A program made the position numbers and the translations under genes. From Cycas panzhihuaensis (Eukaryota; Plantae; Cycadophyta), in assembly GCA_023213395.1 (NCBI GenBank), contig CM041465.1, positions 178,629,741-178,693,740 on the forward strand: a DNA stretch of 64,000 nucleotides, written 5' to 3'. The notes below the pieces were generated by a model. It searched no databases and was not told where the DNA came from. It saw only the letters and a list, made by a program, of their open reading frames with translations. Below are positions 51,880 through 64,000 of this stretch, piece by piece (position 1 is the stretch's first letter; every line of letters starts with the position of its first letter).

Positions 51880-53120
51880 GGGCACATAAATGTTAAACAA
51901 CATATCCAACAATGAATTAAAGTTTGAATGGATAATCTTCAATGAGAATAAAACCTTTAGTTACATCTTTTTCCATTATCCTTAAAATGACAAGCATATT
52001 GTTGGTATTGACCCCATAGGAATGATTTTGATAATTGACCTAAAATGTATAGGGTGTTTAAGATTTGATTCTAACAAAACACCTTAAATTTACCTCAATT
52101 TTATAAGAGAATAAACCCTCATTATTAGCACATCTATGAATGTTAAAAATTTAGAGAAAAACAACACTACTAAGAAAACATTGATGCCCTATTAGGATGT
52201 AGCATTTGCTAGCATAAGTATTGATCTAGGTACTAAGAAAGATAAATAAAATGGAGTGGGCTCAACTCCAACTAATCTTCTATGGGACTTTCACATATTA
52301 GAGCACCTACCCTGTGACTCAAAATGTATTACATGATCTAAAATAAAAAATGAGATAAATGGGTTTTGATATTTTTAACATTCAGAAGAATCAATAGAAG
52401 GTAGGTAATGTCTTGAGGCAAGAATTCTTTCAAATGAAGGAAGGCAACAAGAATTTTAAAGCTTTCCTAAAGCATACTTTGAAGTAGAGTATGGAGAAAG
52501 GAAAAAAGATAAAACACCAACTTATGAAATGTCATTTGATAGTAGGTCCATTCAAGCTAAAGAATTGATAGTGCAAAAGGTGAATATTGGGATAGAGCAC
52601 CAGCCTCAATATATCATTTTGCATGATTATTGGGATACTAAAATAACAACTAAAGCAACCACACTTCTCATGGAGTATAAGGACATTTTTGTTTCATCCT
52701 ACAAGGACCTTAATCACATCTCACCAGAATTATGTAAGCATCATATTAAGCTTATTAAATGAGTAAAGCCAATATGCCAAATGCCTTTATAAGTTGAATC
52801 CAATTAATAAGAGAGAAAAGTAAAGCTAAAATGGATAAACATTTAGATGCAAGATATGTATTTGAGATTAATAATAGCAAATGAGTCAACTATGCAATGG
52901 TTGTGCCAAAAAAGAATGGAAAATTGAGGGTATACATGGCCTTAACAAAGCGATAAAGAGGTATTGTTTCTCAATACCATTTATAGAGGATGTGCTAAAG
53001 AAGGTATATGGTCATAAAGTTTTTTTCATTCATTAACAAGTTTAGTTGTAATAAAGTTCAAATTGCCCCTAGAGATCATTTGAAGATAATAGTCGTCACC
53101 AAATGGGGCATATACATATC
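51880..53120 (+). pseudogene. Non-chromovirus (OTA-type) gypsy pol fragment: protease traces and RT N-terminus
   Basis: KVNIG..QPQYIILHDYW, LLMEYKDIFVSSYKDL..ISPELCKHHI (ORF 52529-52762), VVPKKNGKLRV, PFIEDVL, TKWG. Confidence 0.8.
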
Positions 53121-53499
53121 TCACATAAAAAACTAACATTCTATTCACTATTCAGCGAAGACATTTTGAGTCTAAAAATAGGTGATGGGACCAATCCCAC
53201 AAAGAAACTAGTCTAACAAGAAATTTGCATAGATTTATATCAGTAAAACATACCTAATGACAATATCAATTCTACACATCTATTATACGTTTTTTTTTCT
53301 TCATTATATATTTATGACATGTAATATATCGCATAAAAAGTAGGTAATCACAATATAGTATCAAGAGACTACATCAATCATAACTCTCTCAAAGTTCCAA
53401 TCATTGATGATAGAAGATACAAATGCTTTCACCCAAATAACAATTTAACTCACCCTACACCACGATTATATGCTACTTTTCCCATTGATTCCTACAAGC

Positions 53500-54940
53500 T
53501 AGGAACCTAATGGTTGTAACCCATTCTATAGCTGATGTTAACTTGGTTGTTTTTCTCCTCTAATAATACTTGGTTTGTACATTGATTGTTTGTTTTAAAG
53601 ATTGAATTAGTTAAACACTATAAGTTCTTCAATTGGTCCTTCTTTTACATGGGTAAATTTACCTTTCTATTGGATGAGTTGAACTATTGATTATGAATAA
53701 ACTTCACACCTCATCATTGGAAATCAATTGTGATTGCAAATTGCTCATTCTAGCTATAACCTAACTCCTTCACGAAACAAGTCATTGTAATTCATAATTA
53801 TATATCTAAGTCAATTTTTGTATGTTGTAAATTGAACTCCACAATTATGCATTGATCTTTGTAATACATAAATTTGAGTTTGTTATTTATCCATTCCTAC
53901 CTTTTGTCAACTGAATGTTCTTATATTTTAGTCCTTCATAATGGAAAGTTGTCCTCCTTTTGTTTGTAAATCAAATTCTATGTGAAAATTTCCTTGTTCC
54001 ATGATAACTTTTAAGGGTGCCCTAGTATTCTCTTGTACATGATAATCCATTCAATTTTTCTAACTCTACAATATTTTGTTAATTGATTATTTTATGTTTT
54101 TTTTTTTTTCTATAGCTTTCTGTTTTTTCAAGATTTGTTTACAACCATATGAAAAAGTACTTTTATTTTTTGAAATGTTTTCATTTTTAAGTGTATTAGT
54201 AGGCCACAGTTACTATGCAATCCCCCCTTGCATTTAATTTTAAGCTAAAAAACAAATAAAAAAACATTTTTTTTAAAACAACTTATGGAAGCATTTTTTG
54301 CATACTTTTGTTTTGTGTTTGACATTTTGCATTTCATAAATGGAAAATGCCATCTCAATTATGATCTTTAAGCAATTGTTCATGTTCTAACAACATTCCC
54401 TCTAAATCATTAAAACAAGTGTTGTTTAACTTGTCTATCATCATAAAGCTTGTGATAAAGCTCTCATATTATTGGGCAGACTCCTTAATATTGAGATAAT
54501 TGATTCCCTATTGATGATAGAGTCTTTAGTGGTACTTAGCTTATTTGCAATACCCTTGACTTGTTGAATATTTTCAACCATAGATCTAGTCAATTTGAGA
54601 CTCCACAACAGTTTCTTCAACATTATGGTCCTTGCATTATTTTTGGTTTCAAACAAAGAAACTATTGCATTCCAAGCTTGTTTGAGCATAATAACATTTT
54701 TAACATTTTCCATCAGATTTCTCTTGATTGATAAGTTGATGATCCATAATTCCACTATGTTCCTTACACTATATTCAACCTATGCAATAACATCAATAGA
54801 ATCTCATACAACTTTGCCTTCAACATGTTACTATAGCCCATTCATCTTGAATATGCTTTTGAATTAGTGTTTCAAGTGCCAATATTATCAACACTTATGA
54901 GTTTCTCTATGAAAGAGCCTAGTACATTGTCACTTAACAT
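53500..54940 (-). pseudogene. Very old copia gag(-pol) remnant
   Basis: ORF 54441-54755 AWNAIVSLFETKNNARTIMLKKLL..LK and ILRSLP (copia gag); downstream pol is barely recognisable. Confidence 0.65.
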
Positions 54941-55399
54941 TTTAGAAAAAATTAAAACACACCAAAAAATATAAAAACACTGCAATGGGCATTAAATAAC
55001 CTCATAACACCACAAAATACCACTATTTTTTATTAATTTCTAGTGTTCTTGGACTTCAATCACTATGCAAAGTATCAGAATGAAGTATAAACCATCAATC
55101 ACCATGTAAAGTGACCGGATTTAATAATATGACCACTTCATAAAGAGATGATTTTATTACAAATTAAATTGTCTTCAGAATTATGAAACAACAAAGTATG
55201 GGTCAAAAATAAAGTTAGCTCTCTTTTAGAATGTGACCAGGTGCTAATGACTTTGGGAGCTTAAAAATTGGACTTGAAAATTTATGTGATATGGTTGAAT
55301 TAACTATATACTTTACAAAAAAATAAATATTTATTTTTTTTATATATATGTTGATTTGATTCTCAACAATCTACCATTTAAATTTGAATTTTGAAATCG

Positions 55400-58273
55400 A
55401 ATCCTAGTGAGGGGTTCATCATTTAACATATTAACTGCTTACCATCTGCCTCACAATTTGTCACCCCATAATAGACCATGATTCCCCACAACCTTTGCAA
55501 TTGGCATTGTGTGTTGAGAGATGTAAATTTTGAATTTGCTTTGGTGTTGGCATTTGTGTGTATGCCATCTTATGTCTTACAACACTTGCGATCAACTTAG
55601 CATTCAGATGATCTCAATAACCTCACCTCCTCTTGTGGATTCTTATTCTCAGAGATTTTTCTCCAAATCACCTCCAATTATCAATTTAAATTTCAAATTC
55701 AAAATTTTTAATGGTCATGTGAAAGCCCTATTATGTTTCTACTTTGTTCTTGATATTTTTATGTTTTTTTTTTTTTTTTGAAACCATAACATAACTGGCT
55801 TTAAAAAACCTTCAAATTTAATACCTTGGGTTTGCAATTTCACTTGTTCTTCATAAATCTTCTAGTGAGCTCCTCGATAACTAAATTCTTCCATTCAAAA
55901 CTCATTTTTTGAATTCAAGAAACTGGCACTATAGCTCTACAAAATTTAGAAACGAAGTTCTACCAAATTTCTAGCTTCACGAAGGATTATGGAATCACAA
56001 CCCTAATTCTTCACGCATGCAAACTTAGCTTTGATGTCAAATGTAAGAAAAATAAGCAAAGGACAAAATTAAAACATTACTTCTCAAGGTAGAATTGGTC
56101 TACCTTTCAAAATTATCACAATTTATTAAGAACTCTAAATACTTATATGTACGATCCTGATATAGGTATTAATACATTTTGGGTTTAGTAATTATCCATT
56201 GAACCACTAAGTGAACTTACATGTGTTATTCATTCATTAAGAACTTTTGTAACTACTATGCAAATGTCACTCAATGAACAATGACTTATGTGACTCACCT
56301 ATCTGACCCTTGGGACATCTTAGGACTAGAACATTAAGTTATGACCCTAAATTGCATCCTAATACCATTAATGTAAACATTAATTCTAATAGGGGCATGC
56401 ACTAAATTTTGATTAACCATCCTCTAATGAGCATGCATTCACTATACTAATTGAGTTTGGATCGTTTGAAAATAGACATAATAAGCAGGAGTGATTGGAC
56501 CTTTAATGAGCATATTAGTTTATAAATTTTGACGTTGTTAGGCCTGACAATAAATTCAAGAGTGAGCATGGCTGTAAAAAACTCGCCCAAAGCTTTCCAA
56601 CAAACTATGGAACTCTAAATTTGGACCATCAGATTAAAAGATATAAGCAATCAAAATTTAGGTTTTATAATTGTGAAAGAGGTTCAACTCCATTAATTCC
56701 ATATACATAAGATAAATGAACTTTGAACCATATATAAATCAAATCAAGTCTATGCTTTATCGAGCCACATGTCTCATTTGGTTCGTAGGACTCTAAAAAA
56801 TAATACACATGGCACTTAGGATCCAAATGCCATGTAAGAAAGCTACAGGAGTTAATGTCTCTAAGTCTCGTACAATTCACAACCCGTGAAGTGGCTTAAC
56901 TCATTTTCTCACAAGAAGACTAAACTTTAACCTTATGAGGAAGTGAAACTTTGGAAAACTCAAAATCCTCACAACTCATGAGACAAAGCTTGTGAAATCA
57001 TGAGGATGAAGGTCTTCATGATCCATGAGACTAGAGTATAGAATCTCTCAACTTCGCAAGAATATAAATACTTTGCAACTTGCAAGGTGATAATCTTGAA
57101 ATTTGTGAAAGCACAAGAAGTCAAAGGGTTGTTTATCGAATCTCTAAACTTTGCAAAAATGCAAGAATTTCACATTTTGTGAAGCAAAACTTGCAAGATC
57201 CACAAAAATGTAGATTATAAACACTTAACAATTTGTGAGACAATGTTACAAGGGCTTTGCAAGTTTGTAAGAGAATGAAAACTTCTCAACCAATAAAAAG
57301 ACAAAACCCCTTCATTTGCAAAGGTGCAAAGATTCCCCAATTCTCCAAGAAAAGATAGAGATCTATAGGGAGAAAAAACTATGAAGTCAGCGAAAGGCAT
57401 GACTGCACTTCGTAAAGATGTGAATATATTATAATTTGCAAAGATGGGAAAAAACTCCAAAATTACAAAGATCACACACTTCGCAAAGGTAGGAAAACTC
57501 AAAAGATGCAAAGGGTCTATACTTCACGAAGGTAGTAAAACATGGAATCTACGAGGGTGCAAGACTTTACACTTCGCAAGGAGGCAAAGGTTTGACATTT
57601 TTCAAAAACGGAAAAGTTCCAAAAGCACAAAAGTACTACACTCTACAAAAATAGAGGATGCCACAACCCACGAAGGAAATGTTTCACAATCCACGAGATT
57701 GCAAAAAACCTGAATTCTGTGAAGAGTTGAAAGCCACAATTCACGAAGATAAGAAAAACCCATCAACTTGTGAGGCTACAAGACATTGCAACCTGCAAAG
57801 GAAAATGAACCAAACAAAAAAAGTGACATAGAGTAGAACCATGTGGCAATATAGACTATGCAGAGGGGCGATCACCTCTTCAAAAGCACTAATGATCGAC
57901 ACTTAAAATCCCCTCACCTTCTTCAAAGATTCCTCCTTCACTCAATGTCATGTGCCTCCCACTTTTCCTTTGAGCAATTTGACCTTCAATTTATTAAATG
58001 ACTTTTTATATTATTTATAAAGTATATGAACATTTTGCCCTTAAATATTTTCGCACACACATGCATCTCATCATTTCGATCTCATATCATCATAAAAATA
58101 TATATAAATGTACAAAGGTGCACCCCACACCTAATGGGGCATTTCACTAAGCTCCTTTTTGACGTCATAGGGTGATTACATGAAATTGCAACCATAAAAT
58201 ATAAGTACAAGAATACATAATAACAAGTACAAGAAACATACATGTTACAGGGTGTGTACCAAGGGGTGTTATA
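55400..58273 (-). mobile_element. gypsy-type 5' LTR (56042-58273), PBS (56028-56039) and truncated leader
   Basis: Minus strand starts TATAACACCCC (decayed TGTAACACCCC) and ends CTTACA, then TT-TGACATCAAAGC (PBS variant). Confidence 0.6.
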
Positions 58274-58708
58274 GTATACATTAAGTCTAATGAAAATTTG
58301 TAAAAATATTATTAAAAAAAAATATTTAAAGGACAAAACCATCTTTTTTTCTATAATTAATTTAGCTTTATCTTAATCCATTAAAATTAAGTGTCACTTT
58401 TTTTATTGGAAATAAGGCTTAGAGACGCTTCCAATAAATATGGTATGAAGTGATTTGGAGGTCTGCAACTTCTATAGTAGCTTTCACAAGTTGAAAACAT
58501 AAAATTTTAGGACTGAAAAAAAAATGACAAGATTATTTTAAAAAGCCAATCTCTCCCTCAATTTTTATTAAATGTATATAGTGTAATAACTTAAAAAATA
58601 CAACTCTAGTATGACTGATATAATAACATATTCTATTTGTCCAAACTCAATCATCTAGACTTCCAAAATAGCCATTTTATCCTATGAACACTAATTTACC
58701 CATATCAT

Positions 58709-58720
58709 GCTCCAATACCA
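58709..58720 (-). promoter_or_regulatory. PBS-like site next to an LTR end at 58723
   Basis: Plus strand GCTCCAATACCA-CA-TGTAATA. Confidence 0.65.
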
Positions 58721-59329
58721 CATGTAATAATCTTAGATGGGATTTGTTACTTCAAATACACAATATGGCTAAAAATACATTCAATCATGCACAATGCCTA
58801 AATATAACAATAATTGAACCATTCATGACATTCAATAAACATTAACAATATATACAAGACAGTTCCAACAATGAATGAAGTCTGTAATGCATGTTTTGTA
58901 AGTGGGACTTATTCCAAATGTCAAAGCTAAACAAGGATCCAAGATATGTCTAGGTATATACATAAATGGAAGGATTTATAATACCTTCTACTATTACGTA
59001 GCTTCCCTTACAAGCTATACGCTAACTTTAACTTTTACTACAAGCTTAGCACAAATCTCTAGGCACCAAACATCAACTAGGTGAATAATACAAATTGTGC
59101 ATTCCCATTCACATGTCTACAAAATGTATAGAAATCATCAAAATTGGGTTCATGACAATAGCAAAGGTACCATTGAAACAAGCATGTTGTCAAAAATATG
59201 ATACAAAATGTCAAAATTCATACATAATATCAAACCTAAAGTTGATCGCACAGTGGCCAAGTTGGCCAGAGTTAGTCTAATGAGATGGAATTGGCTCTCT
59301 AATCTCACTTTCCTCAATGTTCCTCAATT

Positions 59330-61778
59330 TAACATGCAACCTTCATGGAAAGCAAGACAAATGAAGATTGCACCTTGAATATGCCTTCATTGTTGTGTGT
59401 GTTAATTAGAGCCCTGATACCATTGTTTGAATTTGTTTGCTATAAGCATATGGTCACCAAACAAAATTGTCAAAAAGACACTCAATGGTTGTGCAATAAC
59501 TCAACAAATAGCCATAGTTGTTGGATGCAACATCTCCATGGATATAAATAGCAATAGATATTTAAGAATGCCCCTTCCAAACACTACATTTGACATTTCA
59601 GTATCCACCATAAGAGAAGCTTGATTATGAGCCTTTCCCATCAACTATAGTTGCAAAAATGGCCTTCCTATTGCAAGCTTCACAACTATCATAACCATCA
59701 TAGTTAATTAGTAACTATAGTAATTAATAATAATTTGAATAAGGGCAAGGATGGTTACCAATAGGCAGGAAACATGAAACATTGTGAAGATATGTATATA
59801 TTGCTTGCCTATTTTGTATTACTATTATGTATCAATCGAGTGAAAATCAATCTACAAATAGCAAGTTTTCCACTTTTGTTTTCTTATTTGACTTCTGTAT
59901 GTTTACCAAGCTCTGAATGCAACAATGGTGCTTCGTTAACTTGCTTGGAAGCACATTGCAGATGGTAATAGATCTTTGATCTATTACAAGTGGTATCAGG
60001 TTTGGCGATACCTGGCATCTACAATCTTCTCAATAAGCAATTTTCCTCCTTTGCAATCTCAATTGGGTAATCCTCTTATGAATAATCCATCCTTCTTTTT
60101 TCAAGGTTTTAACAACAATTAAAACCTTCCCTACATTACCACTTCAAATTTGCCCAAACACTATCAATATTCTCATTTCTACCTTTAGTTCTTGCCTTCC
60201 CTAACATTTTCTTCCTATTCTTTACTGACTATCTCCCATACCTTATATTTAAATCTTTCTACCAGCCCTCTCATCTATAGAGTCTCGCCTTCGTGTATCT
60301 GTCTCTTTTCTTTCCACTTAGTCATGTGTTTATAATCAACAGCATTGAAAATTCCCTCAAGCACTTAAGCTTAGATTGGGCACTCACAAGCCAATTGAGG
60401 CCAATTACAAGAAATGTGCTTGAATGACTAATGAGATGACACCAACAATACTATCAACACTCATCTTGAAGAACTTGAGGAATCTATCAATGAAATCAAA
60501 AGTGTGCTCTCTTAACTTATTGAATTTGAACTTAAGAGCAAAGACTTTTCCAAACGCCCAATTCAATATAAAATGTAGAATATTATTTTGAATTTCAACA
60601 TTGAGGAACTTAGGGACATCAATGAGAGGATCACGAAACTCACAACAACCTTTAAGGATATGGCCATACAAAACGAAAATGACAAAACTTGTTTTAGCAT
60701 TAATCATCTTGAAGGGCATATTTACATTTGGGCACAGAAGTGGTACAATGGACAAAAGTTCACCCCATAGAATTCCTTTCTTGAGGCTCTCCGACAATGT
60801 GTTGAAGGACCCAACTGTACACCTTACAAGGTACAACTCTCTCATTGTTTCTAAAATGAAGCTTTCATCAATGACTTAATGAAGTATTTTGAAAATTTAC
60901 ATCTTAAAGGCAATATCTCTAACGAAGAAGCCAATTCTACCAAGCCAATCCTCAACCTGAAATTGGTGCAAAGGTACAAATACTTCAACCTAAATCCTTA
61001 GCTTTTGCCAGTACCTTGGTCGTGAACACATAATCCAAACTCAAAAAACAAGTGTCACGTTACATCCCATCAGCTTGACGCTTAACATTAAGACCTCACC
61101 CCAAATCAAATACTCAAATTGAGGATGTAGACAAAACCAAGAAGAATGATACATGTTATTGGTGCAAAGATAAGTGAATATTGGGCCATAGCAAAGTTTG
61201 CCCAAGACAAAAGCAATTATACATCACTGAGCCAAGTCTTGATGACATTGATGCCAATATTATTAAAGAGGGACCCTGATATGAATAGCCACAATCACCA
61301 CCCTTGGAGGATGGACAACTAACCATATCACTAGCAATGATATCATAGATACAACAACCCAATCCAATCAAGTTATATGGGTTCTTCCACAAGGAAAAGG
61401 TGATCATCCTCATCAATCTCAAGACCACTCATAACTTTATAAATACAAAAGTTTCTGTCAAACTTAGCCTCTTCATCAATAGGTTGAAAACCTTCTCTAT
61501 TGTAGCATTGAGTGAAAGGCAAATTACATGCGATGGTGAGATACCACATCAATAGCTTCAAATAGGCTCACTCACATTCTCCACAAACTATCATGCTTTT
61601 CTAATTGGCACCCTCGATATTGTACTTGGTGTTGAATGGCTCAAGGAGCTTGGCACATATGCCTTAAAACTGCAATGAAAATTTTATCTGCTTTCAATAG
61701 GATGCTAAACTCTATCAAGTTGTTGGCACCTCTACACTTGACACTAACATAATCTTAGAACTACAGTAGCATGTGACA
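59330..61778 (+). mobile_element. gypsy (chromovirus-type) 5' fragment: LTR end 59988, PBS 59991-60000, gag, protease
   Basis: TATTACA-AG-TGGTATCAGG; gag HLEGHIYIWAQKW; knuckle CYWCKDK; protease ILINLKTTHNFI..DIVLGVEWLKELG. LTR start uncertain. Confidence 0.8.
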
Positions 61779-64000
61779 TGTTGAGATATTAAGGGCACTT
61801 TATATGTGTGATATATGATATATGGTTGAATCCTTTTACGGTTTTATTCAAACCCTAAGTCAAGTATGGAGGATGATCATGCCCAACACCCATGGTTTGA
61901 TTAATGGTTGGCCTATATAGAAGCACTTGCCTTCACAACCAAGTGGATTTTGTAATTCATGGTGTTTGAGTATGTGCTACTCTTCCACATTCACATGTAC
62001 TACACGTCTATCACTGCACCACAAAAAGGTTTCAACACATAGATCTCATTTCAATTCTCCATGCCAAGCAAATCTCTATGCCAAGGCTCCCCTGTTACAT
62101 GCCCGACCATTGACAAAACTGTACATAGAGGATAAACCCTAATTTGATGAAGACAATACAATCGCCATTGCCCATCGCATGCATAATGTCTAAATGCCCT
62201 ACAGATGAAAATATCTTATGATTTTTTTGAAAACCCTATAGAGCTTAGAACTCATCAATAGCTATCTGTCATCTCTATATATAGATTCAGCCACAACTGG
62301 AGGAATATGAGTCACAACCTTTATCTGGCTGAGTTCATACACTCAACACTCTGCGAAGAAACCCTACTAGATCACACAATCATTCGCAAATCACATCCAT
62401 CACCATTGCATGCAGAGAGAGTGCTTAGCCACCATTGATTAAGTTTGTCGTAACGCTTGATCCCATCACGCCACGCAAATACTCCAACCGAAGCTATTAC
62501 GCCATCGCAATCTATGCTTCTACCACATTTTCGATCAATGATATTGCCTCATAGTTGCGCAGCAAAAAAATTGACGTGGAGAGCCGGGTTCGGTAGGTTC
62601 AAATTGTGTTTTACAGAGACAAAGATCACCATGCATACTCGCACTATCCATCGTAGCCATGAAGGCATGAATTGACACATTTAGAGATTAATAGATCAAC
62701 GTAGAAACCCTTGCAGATGTGGAGAGGTGAATTAGCTAATGCGAAGAATGAGTTAGATTATTCATAGACAAATGAATTTACAGAGACAATGTATTTTGAA
62801 ACCCTAAAAAAAAATTGCATTTGGGTTGTATAATTTAATCAAATCACATACTCATTTCAAATTCCACTAGAGTGCCTTACAAATCAACATGACGTCATAT
62901 GGAATGCCGATACAACCAGGGACTATGTTATAAAGGGGTGAACTTCAATTTTTTAAAAGTTGGATCGTATAGTTTTTGTTTTTCCAAATTTTATATTTGA
63001 TATTTAATAAAATTTTGAATTTGATTCTAATTTCTTAAAGATCGTGCACTTTTACATGGGTTACTAGCACATTTCCTTTCATATCTTCTCACTTGTATAT
63101 CAGAATCAGATGTATTCTATTGTGTTGGAAAGCAAAATTTGATACGGTCGCAATGAGTGGTCACACAACCTGCTTTGGACAACATAAGATAGAAAAAATT
63201 CAGGGTAAAATTGATGCAAAGGCTCAAAACTTCATTTTTGATAAATTTCATATCAACTTTTAGAAAAATTTCAATCAATTCCAATGTTTTTAATGGCTTC
63301 GAACATGATGGTAAATTTATTTTTTAGGAATGGTGGATGAAAATTATAATTTGGTATAAAATCAAGCATTTTAAGGCCCATTTATGACATTTTGAGGCCC
63401 ATTTCAGTTGAAAAAAATATATTAAATTAGAAATATTTGATGGATTTGTCATATGAGACATCCTTGATATATTGGTCACCCATTTCCCCCTTGGCAACAT
63501 CACATTTGGTTTAGCGGATAACAAAACCCTAACCAAACATACAGATCACCTGGATATTGAAACAATTTATGTTATCTCGTCAGATGGTAAGTACATTTGC
63601 CTTGCTACAGTGAACTTACCATGGCTAAGTAGTTTGGCCTAGTCCTAGAGTTGATTGTTCAAGATGATCCAACTATCGACTTAATTCAATTGATGAAACT
63701 TTGTTGTTCCTACAAGCAATTTGGAAAGATGATGAACCATGTATTTGAAGCAATTTCCTAGTGAACTGGTGATTACAGCAGTTGGTCACCCATGTATTTC
63801 GATAGATGGATATTGTTTTATATGAACTGAGACATCACTTTGCTTGATTTGATGGTCAACTTAATGTAGATTGAAAGTAGCCACCATACAAGTGAATGAA
63901 GATGTGCACAAAACACTTCATATATGTTAGTTTATATAGACTGATGCTTGATCGAAACAAGTATATAGTTACAAGTCTTTTACAAGTTACATTGATTTGA
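61779..64000. other. Unclassified repetitive/TE-like sequence starting with a TGTTGAG LTR-type end
   Basis: Gypsy coding similarity stops near 61770, followed by TGTTGAGATA. No domain recognised beyond. Confidence 0.3.

Noticed and set aside
60405-60845. 146-aa minus-strand ORF
   Set aside because: Antisense to recognisable gypsy gag on the plus strand.
61927-62830. CACTA/MULE transposase N-terminus
   Set aside because: Cys/His-rich fragments only; no convincing motif or TIR.

Overview
This is a gene-free, AT-rich block of plant nuclear DNA, inferred to be from a large gymnosperm-type genome. It consists almost entirely of nested, heavily decayed LTR retrotransposons: CRM-like and other Ty3/gypsy elements plus several Ty1/copia elements, with tRNA-Met PBS, PPT, LTR pairs and one TSD still readable. 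Decay is dominated by C>T/G>A transitions. The standout is a younger, GC-richer minus-strand Tat-lineage (TatII-like) element at 14349-23455. It keeps gag-protease but shows no RT/RH/INT. Instead it carries (i) three tandem ~176-bp hairpin-rich repeats, (ii) an antisense, intron-containing Plant Mobile Domain (PMD) gene and (iii) a stand-alone archaeal-type RNase H ORF. The two ORFs point away from each other across a ~1.2-kb spacer that contains a perfect 30-bp palindrome. No host gene, RNA gene or CRISPR array could be supported. All coordinates were read by eye; fuzzy boundaries are approximate.
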